The position numbers were made by a program, and so were the translations under genes. A stretch of 64,000 nucleotides of DNA from Paraphysomonas bandaiensis (taxonomy: Eukaryota > Protista > Chrysophyceae): positions 1-64,000 of the forward strand of contig CBFFRP010000191.1 in the NCBI GenBank assembly GCA_965644295.1, given 5' to 3'. Below, piece after piece: positions 13,086 through 23,666 of the stretch; within the stretch, counting starts at the first letter, position 1; each line of letters starts with the position of its first letter. Under the pieces are notes generated by a model. That model was not told where the DNA came from. It did not search any database and saw nothing but the letters and a program-made list of their open reading frames with translations.

Positions 13086-16000
13086 CCAGGCAGAGCATTC
13101 AGCGAGAAAAATCAAGATGCATCTGAAAAATAGAAACCATCTTGATTTGGAGGGTCCGCCAGCCGGAGGAAGGAGTTTAGAGTCATGGAGAGAGCGTATA
13201 ATGATACCTGTGTTAGTTCTGTTTGGGAGGCTTGCGAGCATGACCCTGATGTGTTGGAGGTAGCCAATCAATATTTGGAGGGGAAGAGGCAATTTTACCT
13301 GCTGATGATCCTGCTAAGGAGGTGTTATCCAGTGAGCTCCTTCAGAGGCGAGATTGGGACTGTATTTTGGAGAAGACTACAGTAGAACACAATTCGTTCA
13401 AAATAAAGCCGGGGGGGAAAAAAGGTGTCTGTTTTGGGGTAGATCGACTGAACGGTATAATCCCGAAGCTCATAAAATTGGGACAACCCCAGACAGAGGC
13501 AAGTAAATTAGCAAAGATAAAAGCAGCGCTGCAGATAGAGGAATTACATGATTTATGGATGTCGGTAGCTATGATGCCTAAAGAAGCAACAACTACATTT
13601 GATTCGGTGAAAGAGGCTTTGTGAAGGGTATGACAAGCCTATTATGACGCAGTTGAAGAAACAACAAGTCTGAAGAGATCAATTTGACAGCGTCGAAGGA
13701 GCCAGTGGTCTGTTCATTTTGTCGGAAGAAGGGACATGTATGCTAAGGAACGAGAAAGAAAAATGGATAAGTTCAAAAGAAAAGGAAAGACAAAGGAAAA
13801 GGCTTCGAAGAGTGTGCAGCAGCTAGGATCAAAGGATTATACTGGTTGTCATATCTGTGGAGATTTTAGTCACAAATCCCGACAGTGCAAGTCGAAAAAA
13901 CGGAGGACATAAAAGACCCGGATATTGAGAATCCTCGAAAATCGAACAGGAAATTTGAGACAGAATGAAAGAAATACGTCAACGATATGTAGAGTCGTCG
14001 GATGATGAAGCGAATATGTTTGGAGAAGAGGTTTTGCTATCAGTGATACGTCTGAAGAACTTCGTGTATATCTGTACAGTTGTACAAGTAAAAGACTGTT
14101 TATAGTAAAGGATAAAATTGCACTGGAATCATTTACTTCAGAGTTTGGGGCAAGTCAACTGACTAGAACTGTTATTACATTCGGGGAATGGAGAGACATC
14201 AGAGTTAGTGAAGAAGCGGTGATGAACATTGTGTCAGGAGGTATGCTGCGATCAATGGGGTACGGATTACAACTGCTCCGAAAACCTAAAATTGTGGAAT
14301 TGGACTCTGGAAATGAGGTGTTGACTGGAGATTACGATGAGCATGGAGTATATGTGAATTTGATGGTGTTAAATCTACCAAATGTGTCTATGTCATTGTG
14401 CAATCAGATGGAGGAGATGAGAGATAAGAGATGCGTTGGACCTCTTACATGAGCGTGCTGGACATGTCTCGATATCGAAGTTAATAGAAGCTCACCGACA
14501 CATGTTATTCAGAGGATCAGGACGACATCACCTTTCGAAGGAGAAGGAGAAGAGTTGCAAGAAGAACCCCTATGTAAATGGTGTACCAAGGCGAAGATAA
14601 CCAGACATTCGCTCAAATCGCGGGACATTGAAGAGCAAAGCGCAGTCAGGTTTCTAGAAAGGGTGACAGCTGACATCTCAGTGTACTTGAACAAGACAGG
14701 GCTATAAATATGTACTTATATGGCGACAAAGAGATGATATGGGAGTATGGTTTAAAGACTCGAAGTGGAGATGAAGTGTTCCAATGTCTACGACACTTAT
14801 TAAAAGTCTTTTTACTTAACAATAGGCGTTAAGAACCCGCACCAATGTAGTGGCTAGTTGAATGCTAGACCTCTACCCGTAACTAATCAATACAAATTCT
14901 ATTATCCTTCTATTTAACGCTACGGAAGCTGCTTTTGTGTCGCCGCAAGCACCAAGGTGCGACCACTTTCGTTCTTAGTGTGCATTATGAGTCTCGCTAT
15001 ACTCGTGCGTCCTGGGACTCACTGGCGCGTGTGATCTGGAGGTCTCCCCTTGGAATGAGACTCCACACGCTATATGACTACACATACATTGTGTGCAATT
15101 TGCCTCGGAGACTGCCTTATGTACCTCACGGCAACCAGGGGAAACAGTACTATACCCTGCTGAGATTGGTGGCCTTCCGTCAGGAATTGTAGATGAGGTA
15201 TGTAGATGAAGGTCTTGCAAAACGTTATGGGCTACTGTGAAGAAGCGTCGAAATCGACTCTTTTGCTGTCTTAGCCAGAGAGCACATGGAAGAGAGTGTA
15301 TAGCTGGACAGGAGTTGAGTATGAGGGTCATCCGGTGTGTCCAGCAACAGAGAGTCAAGAGGGAGTGTGATGGTGCAAAAGAGAAAACATCTGATTGAGG
15401 AGAGTGGGACTGCGACGGAGTGAGCTGTGTGGTGTACTGCAGTATATTTGCACCGTATTGGAATTGTATACATCCTGTGGGTCACAGTAGTGCAGTAGTC
15501 GAGTATACTGTATGCGGAATACTGTGTCCATCCAATGAGATTGTTAGACTGTACGACACTTATGTGAGGTTCATTTAGTGAAGTACGAGGGGCGGAACCG
15601 TAGAGTAGAGTATCATGTCGATGGAGGATCCGAACTTATCAAGAGTACCTGTTGTGCAGCGATATGGGACTCGGGTGTCGCATACAACGAGAGACACGCC
15701 AGAGCTCAACGCGGTGTCTGAGAGGAAATTCCGAACAATTGGGGAGATGACACTGACGATGTTGACGGCATCCGGACTTCCAAAGTCATTCTGGTTTGAT
15801 GCATATCAAACTGCATGTTTCATTGTGCGACGAAAGCCAGCTCGGACGTGGCAAGGATGGATGTCTCCATAATATTATGATTGTGTTCCAGGGGGAGCGT
15901 TCTCAGTCTATCGTGGCTACGGAAATGTGGGAAAGGTTATTTCATAGGGTATCCACATACATGATCGAAAAGGATACAAGGTGCTAGTGGACACCGTAGT

Positions 16001-18520
16001 ACACCCTGTACATGTATTGTTTGATGAATCGGTACCTGAGAGGTCTCAGGATTATTATATAGAGAGTTGGAGGAGGCTCAAGTGGCTATAGACCCCAACA
16101 AGGCTCGCCAACCGGGTGAGTTTGAGTATCTTATCGGAAAGCACCATGAGGACGGTGGTCTGCTATACAAGACCAACAGAGTGGTGATTAGGAAGGGGCT
16201 TATTGTGGGATACTGCTCGTTGGTTGCTGGTAACCAGGTTCAAGTGGAGGATAAAACTCCTATTCACATTGCTGACATCAAGAAGATGACAGAGGATCTT
16301 GCGCAGAGGGTGGTTAGGGCCAGAGTTACTGACAACCGTGACGGTGGTATCAGCGAGCGGAGTGGTGCCACAGCAGTCGGAAAGTGGGCAGGTGCAGCCC
16401 CAGGCTGACTCAGCATCACCTTTTGGGGAACGGACCCCTGCCGAGAACCATCCGCACGGCAAACGCGCAAGAACTCCAAGGACGGTAACGAATGTGTCGG
16501 TGTTAGGACAAATCCATCATTTGAGTGATGAGAGTGATGAGAGTGATGTGAGTGACCTTTTACAGGAGGCAGACTCAGTGTGGATGTCAGCGGAAGAGTC
16601 GACAGTGCCTCAGACACATCGTGAGTCCTTGGAGAGTGGCGAGCACAGGGAGTGGAGACGAGCTCGCGGTGTAGCGAAGCGAGACACCATGGAGGTGACT
16701 CGTATACCGGACGGAGTCGTCCCACTGCACTCCAAGTACGTCTATTGAAAGAAGTACGATAAGGAGGTAGAGGTCCGCCGATATAAGTCTCGTCCTGTAG
16801 CAATGGGTTGTGGACAACAGTCGAGTGGTTGGGCGAACCAGTTCGCTCCCGTTGTTAAGGGGGTAACACAGTGCGACTGGTAATTGCCATAGCCTTCGTG
16901 ATCAACTGCCTGAGGAGTACTGCTTTAAGTTGAAGAAGTCGTTATAATACGGGCTTCGGAGTTCCCCGCGGTCGTGGTGGAAAACATTGGATAAATTCAT
17001 ACGATCTAATAAACCATGTGTATTAGACCCGTGTTTGTATTATCAGTATAAGGGCGATGAATTGGTATTATTAACGATATATGTGCATGATATCAACATA
17101 GTGAAGGATATTATAAAGCTCAACTGTGTGCCCGGTTTGATATGAAGGACATGGGCGAGATGGAACATTTTCTGAATGTTCGAGTCACAAGGACGCCAGA
17201 GTATATTCGTCTTGACCAATCAGTATATGCGGCTAAGATCTTAGAAAAGTTTGAAAAGTATCTTGGGTCACCGCGAAAGGTACGGAAGAGTCCTCTACCG
17301 GCGGAAGCAATGGATTTAGTGGCAAAAGGGGCGCGGCATGAGCATACCGAGGATGAACACAGCTTATAGTATATAACTTCCCATATCGGGCGCTGATAGG
17401 TGCATTACTATATATATCGATGAACACGAGGCCGGATATTGCCTATGCAGTGGGAGTACTGTCTCGGTTCAGTAATAAGGTGAATATTGAAGTAGGCAAG
17501 CTATTAACGCACGTATGACAATATATTCGTGGTTATTGACAAAGCGCTTCAATATGGGAGTAGACGGTTCGACTTCCATATGTTTACTGACGCGGATTGG
17601 GCGGGAGACCAGCTGTCCAGGAAGTCCACGTCGGGGTACGTTGGGTTTGCAGCGGGAGGGCCTATAGTCTGACAGTCCAAACTGCAGACGACAGTGGCAA
17701 CGTCAAGCATGCAGTCTGAGTATCAGTGTATTTACTCGGGTCTCCAAGAAGTGCTATGGGTTCGGGGAGTGACGGGTGAGATTAAGTTGAGGCTCATCAA
17801 ACCTACACCATTCTTCATCGACAGTCAGAGTGCCCAGGATATGGCCGAAAACCCAGTGTTTCACAAGAAGTCGAAACACATTATTATTGAGATTAAGTAT
17901 CACATGGTGAGAGAGCATGTGGATCCTAATCAGTTCAATACAATTAAGTTAGTGCATGTGCATACACCGCAACATGCAGCAGATATTTATACAAAGTCAC
18001 TGGTTGGTTTATCATGCATGGAGCAGAGAAAGAGAAATCTTGGAGAGAAAATTAAGAGTTCCACTGAAGTGATTAATGAGGGACCAAGAGATAAAAGAAA
18101 ACGCAAGTAGGTACTGAGTTTTTTTAAACAGAGGTTTAGACTTAGAGATGAGTCTATTTTACTGTCAAGAATTTTTATCTCAGGCATTCAATAGCTAGGA
18201 GGCGTCATGGTACAACACTCAATTGAGGGGGAGTGTTAAGATCTGAAGATTCTATATACTTGCAATTGAGTGCAGTATTATGTGAGATGCAAGGATCGAA
18301 AGATATATATGTAATTAGTACATTATTATATTGTGTAGTATGAAACTGAAGTAGAAGTGGGTGACTATACAGGATACGATCACTGAGTGTGTGGTTTGTA
18401 CATTATAGTAGTAAATGAATGGTGTTGAACACATCGAATACAACTTAGGTTCTTTATCATGTAATGTTTATAATTTCATCCTATCAATTGAGAATAGCAA
18501 ACCTTAGCAAATAATGTCAA
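13086..18520 (+). mobile_element. Decayed Ty1/copia element 1 (5' LTR missing)
   Basis: Frameshifted gag, IN (TPELNAVSERKFRT), RT and RNase H (FTDADWAGD, KHIIIEIKYH) collinear with the element at 47753-54888. PPT GAGGGGGAG then TGTTAAG at 18234; the LTR end is approximate. Confidence 0.85.
14801..15551 (-). mobile_element. Family R long-type copy d, inserted in the copia 1 integrase
   Basis: Flanked by the 12-bp direct repeat TACGACACTTAT (14789-14800, 15552-15563). Removing it restores ...CLRHL|CEV..., matching copia 2 CVKHLCEV. Confidence 0.85.
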
Positions 18521-18895
18521 CTTCTGTTATCGTGTTGTTGTTGGATCGGCACATGGGCCAAGTCACTGATATTAACGATCGTTATGATGACGATCACGTA
18601 TCTTCAACAGATACTCTCTCAAATTCAGTTCATGATATGTTTCATTGAACATCATAATTCACATATACTATCTTATATTACGACGAATCCTAATAGCTGG
18701 CGATACATAAAAACTTGAAAGTAGGCTTTTTTTATTCTTCTACCGATATTTATGTACATAGGGGTATATATTTTGCACCCTACAGATAAGAATGATTTCG
18801 TAAAATACTATCATAATATTGATTGCAATACGATTGTGAGCCACTTCTACAGAAACAATACTGATGGAATATTTGACCAGTCCACCAATCAATAT

Positions 18896-19777
18896 TGTAA
18901 TAACCAGCTATCAGGTTATTCTATTCTACAAGCTCTCTATTGTATATGCTTAAGTTTGTACATACCATCTGTGCAAACATAGATTGAATAATATTATTAT
19001 TATTATTACCATAACTCACACTGAGATATATGATATATTATGACTATGACAATTCATGCTTATCATTGATATTTACATAATCATTCAAAAGACAAAGAAA
19101 GACATGATTATCAATAATGAGACATAATGATGATACTGATGATGGATGATATATATATATGTTCTTATTATATATATATATTGACTTTAAGGCTGGAGAA
19201 GTTTACTGGAGAATTCCGGGTTTGATATCCATGCTGATAGATGTGTATTGCCAGATTATCCAGTAATACAGTTATACATTACGTATTTCCTTCAGTGCTT
19301 ATTGGGGATTGATTGTACTTAGGAGTACGAATACCAGGCTTCAACTACAATGAGAATACTGAATGTATCTTCCCTTATACAGTTGTAATGAGTTATTATG
19401 ATCAACTGTGTTAGACTGATGTGTTTGGTATTGAATATGAATGATGTTCATTCCATTGATCACGGAATCGTAGGTAGACATATTTATATTATTGATAATA
19501 AGATGCAATTTCCTTACTCTTGAAATTGCTGGTAGATAGCATTGTAGTTGTAGACACATATTTGTTCATTGTGATTTGATTATATTGTTATTATTATGGA
19601 GGAGGAGACTCTTGATAGCGCACAAGAGTCTACTAAATTCGAGTCAGTGAGAAGGACCCTCAGGCTTATGCTTGGAGGGTTAGACCCTTCCATTGCCAAT
19701 GCCAGTGAGGATCAAATCCGGGATATAGGCTTGGCATTTGGGTTGTCCGAGATCGAATCAGAGACGTTGGTGTCTCA
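18896..19777 (+). repeat. 5' LTR of the SET-gypsy element
   Basis: TGTAATAACC...GTGTCTCA, repeated at 28303-29184 (offset 9407) with no differences seen by eye. Confidence 0.95.
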
Positions 19778-22700
19778 ATTTTTTAAGGAAATTTCATCTC
19801 TCAATAAACAAAGTGACGACTTTAGAGAGACAGAAACTCATGAAGCAGACAGTCAAGCAACGACTGTTCCAGAACTGGTGGATCGTCTTAGTAGTCCGGA
19901 GGAGGTACCCTTGTCAGCCCGAAAACCTCTCGCATTCGGTAAGGACGCTATTCAACCATTGAGGGCTCAGGATGATTTTTGTTCGTTTGATGCAGATGCG
20001 ACAGGAGATAGTCCATTACATATGGACCCCTTGCCATTCAAGGAACAAAGTAACAAGGAGGCTGAGGCAAAGGAGTGTCATTATACACCCTTACCTCACG
20101 CAGGGGATGAGGCACACAATGTGCTACATTCCACCTCTGGATTGCAAGGTGTATATAACACCAGCAGACCAGACCAACTAGGTAGAGATGCAGATAGGTG
20201 TCAAATCTGTCAGCGACTCACAGATCCCAAGCGTCTCACCGCTGGAGGAATATGTTATTATTGCTCGGAAAATCAATGTATTGATTGTAAGGACCAGGTA
20301 AATTCAATGGAAATTCAGGGTGGTCTATGTTATCGATGCCGAGTAAGAAGGGGGATACTCAGATCAAAGAGACCCACCACAGACACTTTAGAGAAGTGCA
20401 TAATATTGGGCCATAGAAGATTGCGTCCTCGGCCAGACCTAAACGAGGACACATATATGGAGCATTTGTACCTGGATCGTGGGGCTAGAGACCCTATGGA
20501 CCTAAAGATTTCTCTTGACATCCTGCAACAGTACGCAGATCGACGGAGGGTGCATACCACCAGATGGTCAAAACAGCGATACACCGCTCATATAGCAGAG
20601 CCACTGCAGCATTGGGAGCAGCAGATTTACATGGCTTGTACAGCTACTGAGGTCACTGATCGTTTACAGGACCACTTTTTTGAGCAAATGAAAATAGCAA
20701 GAGAGAGTTCTGCGGAAGATATTTCTCAGCTTGCCCAACTAGTCTTAAATCGAGGAAACGGCTTGCAATTACCATCAAATGTTCGCGAGTGGTTAAGTAG
20801 GCTGACAGTTCTTGACAATGTACATGAGTTAGTGGCTGAAGAGCACATTTACGAAACAGCGGAATTGTGCATGGTGCTGAACCAATACCTTGATATAAGA
20901 GACATGGCTGAAACTATGTGGGAGGAGGCCGATAGCCAACTAATGATGCGCTGCAATCTCCTCAGCAAACAACTCAGTCAGCAAAATAAAAAATTTGGAT
21001 CTTGGGAAGAGAGGACCGTTGACTCTGACGATGAGTCATACCACTCCTTCGTCAGCAATGGTAGTCGGGGTTCCTTTGTCAGCAGAGGAAGTCGGTCAGC
21101 AGATACCAGATCAAGTACATCCCGAGTGTTGAGTTCTAGGGGTTCAAGATCGAATTCCCGTATTTATCCAACTGAAGATGGCAGACTGCTAGACGCACAA
21201 GCATTCGGGTGTCACCTTCAACAAATTGGAGAGCAACACTGGTCACTGCTCTGTAACCAAATGCGATCGTCTAGAGCCATGCGGTTAATGTCTAAAGCAT
21301 TGCCCAAAGCTACTCCATGGAGAAGAGAAGTCAAGGAGCCTACTCTCTACATGAAGACTGATGACAAGATGCGTCTAGAGAAAGATCAATCTAATCGATA
21401 CCCCATTGAACGAGGACTCCGTTTTGCTGTCCAGAAGGCACGTCAGGCCAAGATGGGGCTGAAAGATCTGGTCATACAGACGAAGAATGGTTGGTGTTTT
21501 AAGGGCGGCTTTAAAGAGGAACTGCAACGGTTGTCTTTGAATCGTGTGCCAGAGATATGGGATGACCAGGAGGATAGCCAATTAGCCACTGAATATGAAT
21601 TTTGGATGCGTCGTTGGGTGCATTTCTGCCATTGGGCTATCCGTAATTATTGTCCCGTACAGACCAATGAACAGCGTGCCAAACAGATTGAGGACTGGGC
21701 TGCTCCTGATCTCGCTACGCCTACAGCAGTTATGCAACTATATTATGAACTAAAAGAGGTAGTTGAACATAATACGCCGGATTGCCAGACGGCACAGGTG
21801 ATGGAAGAATCGATGCGCCGAGTGGTAGGAAAAGAGCCTGTTTGGGGTAAATCGTTGGTTGCAGCGTACGACAATAAGATCACAAAAATTGAAAGGGCGA
21901 AGTCGACTGAAAATTGGAGTCTATCATGGGAGGAGGTAGAATCAATCTGGCGAGAGATTCAGGAAGAATTCCAGCAGGGAACGCTGCTATACATTATACG
22001 TCCTGATGTCCAATCTAGTAAACAACCAGACACAACTAAGGGTGAGGGTGGCTTACGACGACATCACAAAGTTCATGCCGGCATACGCGAGGAACCCAAA
22101 CCATCTCTCACACCGATTGAGATTGCGAAGCTTACATGTTCACGATGTGGCCTTCGACATAGTATTAACAACGCTCAATGCCGGCGCATCACGAATGGGA
22201 AATTTGACCCACTTGGATTTGTGTCTGAGACACCACGTAACATTGAAAGGAATCGAATATACAATTTTTGGTTGTCCAGATTGAATAAGTATAGCCAACC
22301 TTGGTCTCAGTTGCCTACGGCTCAGAAGGAGGAATTTCAGGCAGCATTTCGGGATTTGACTAGCCGGTGGGATGGAGGGAGTGCTTTGCATACGACATTC
22401 ATTGGTGGCGAACGGAAGAAATCTAATTCCATAGCATCAAGTGTTTCTAGTACACCACAAGTACATTGGGCGGATAGTGATGATGACTCTTCTTTCTCTA
22501 CACTGGATGACTCTATACCTGCTCACAGTACAGACTCACTTTCCGGTTCACGATCTACTAAGTCAAAATCAAAACCCAAACGAAAGGTTCATGCTGCACA
22601 AAAAGTTCGATACTTAGTGCACACTGTGACACCTAGGGATGAATCTCAAGATACATTATCCATGTTTCGTGTTCTATATGATACAGTTGATGAAACTGGT

Positions 22701-23666
22701 AAACCAGTACAGAGAGTCGGTTGGCACCAGGTGGATCATGGCTCTATGGAGTCCTTGATCGACGAAGAGTGTGCAGCCCTCTTGAATCTTAAGCGAGTAC
22801 GAATCCCAAAGAGAGACCGGTACATTATTCGGGGAATAGGTTCACACGATATCGCTGTGAGTTGGAGAGCTTGTCTTACCTACACTGTTACTGCACAACG
22901 GGTCTTACCTGTGGCAGTGTTGCCGGGAGAGGCACCACTTTTGAACAATGCAAGGGAACAAGTTCAGTTGAAAGCATGGATACCAATTATCCCGAATTGT
23001 TCCATGAATGTAATCTTTGGAGGGCATGCATTACGACGTATCAAAATGATTGACTTGTTTGATCATAAACTGCTGTTGTTCCAAACTAATGGTATTCAGT
23101 ATGCAATGCCTCAATTCAACTGGAATGAGACTGTTACGCAAATGGCATCAGCTCAGGACCCTGTGGTACAGAAATGTGTTGCACGCCATCTCCGTGAAAA
23201 CAAACCTCAACCTCACAAGGCTGCAGTCTGCATATCGAAACATATCCCACCGCATTCTAAGATGCGGATTCCTGTTCAAGTGGGCAAGGGTGCTCCGTTA
23301 GGTGGATGGATACAGACTCTGCCAGAGGTTGCAAGGATTAATTCAGGTGATGATGCTAATGAGCCCGTCTTACAATTTGAAGATGCTATTTGTACGGCGA
23401 ACAGACCTTATATATGGGCTTCTAATCATACCGATGATTGGATCCATCTACCGGGTAGACCGCGTTTAGTTGTACGACTTCAACCCATATTATTGGGGAT
23501 GCAGGTTCATAATCAGGAGACGGTGGAATCTGCTATGAATGGCAGTGTCGAGACGGAGGATACCGCTATCATGCCTACTGATGACAAATTCCAGCATTCA
23601 GATATTTCTATGTTATCTGAAGAGAATCACGAAAATGTCACTAGGCTGGTGTCCTCATCGAAATGA
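19596..23666 (+). CDS. gag: Gag-protease polyprotein (ORF1, 1356 aa)
   Basis: Two CxxC..GGxCxxC repeats, zinc-knuckle variant CSRCGLRHSINNAQC, and retropepsin-like VDHGSMESLI...VIFGGHAL. The ATG lies inside the LTR. Confidence 0.85.
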   Translation: MEEETLDSAQESTKFESVRRTLRLMLGGLDPSIANASEDQIRDIGLAFGLSEIESETLVSQFFKEISSLNKQSDDFRETETHEADSQATTVPELVDRLSSPEEVPLSARKPLAFGKDAIQPLRAQDDFCSFDADATGDSPLHMDPLPFKEQSNKEAEAKECHYTPLPHAGDEAHNVLHSTSGLQGVYNTSRPDQLGRDADRCQICQRLTDPKRLTAGGICYYCSENQCIDCKDQVNSMEIQGGLCYRCRVRRGILRSKRPTTDTLEKCIILGHRRLRPRPDLNEDTYMEHLYLDRGARDPMDLKISLDILQQYADRRRVHTTRWSKQRYTAHIAEPLQHWEQQIYMACTATEVTDRLQDHFFEQMKIARESSAEDISQLAQLVLNRGNGLQLPSNVREWLSRLTVLDNVHELVAEEHIYETAELCMVLNQYLDIRDMAETMWEEADSQLMMRCNLLSKQLSQQNKKFGSWEERTVDSDDESYHSFVSNGSRGSFVSRGSRSADTRSSTSRVLSSRGSRSNSRIYPTEDGRLLDAQAFGCHLQQIGEQHWSLLCNQMRSSRAMRLMSKALPKATPWRREVKEPTLYMKTDDKMRLEKDQSNRYPIERGLRFAVQKARQAKMGLKDLVIQTKNGWCFKGGFKEELQRLSLNRVPEIWDDQEDSQLATEYEFWMRRWVHFCHWAIRNYCPVQTNEQRAKQIEDWAAPDLATPTAVMQLYYELKEVVEHNTPDCQTAQVMEESMRRVVGKEPVWGKSLVAAYDNKITKIERAKSTENWSLSWEEVESIWREIQEEFQQGTLLYIIRPDVQSSKQPDTTKGEGGLRRHHKVHAGIREEPKPSLTPIEIAKLTCSRCGLRHSINNAQCRRITNGKFDPLGFVSETPRNIERNRIYNFWLSRLNKYSQPWSQLPTAQKEEFQAAFRDLTSRWDGGSALHTTFIGGERKKSNSIASSVSSTPQVHWADSDDDSSFSTLDDSIPAHSTDSLSGSRSTKSKSKPKRKVHAAQKVRYLVHTVTPRDESQDTLSMFRVLYDTVDETGKPVQRVGWHQVDHGSMESLIDEECAALLNLKRVRIPKRDRYIIRGIGSHDIAVSWRACLTYTVTAQRVLPVAVLPGEAPLLNNAREQVQLKAWIPIIPNCSMNVIFGGHALRRIKMIDLFDHKLLLFQTNGIQYAMPQFNWNETVTQMASAQDPVVQKCVARHLRENKPQPHKAAVCISKHIPPHSKMRIPVQVGKGAPLGGWIQTLPEVARINSGDDANEPVLQFEDAICTANRPYIWASNHTDDWIHLPGRPRLVVRLQPILLGMQVHNQETVESAMNGSVETEDTAIMPTDDKFQHSDISMLSEENHENVTRLVSSSK

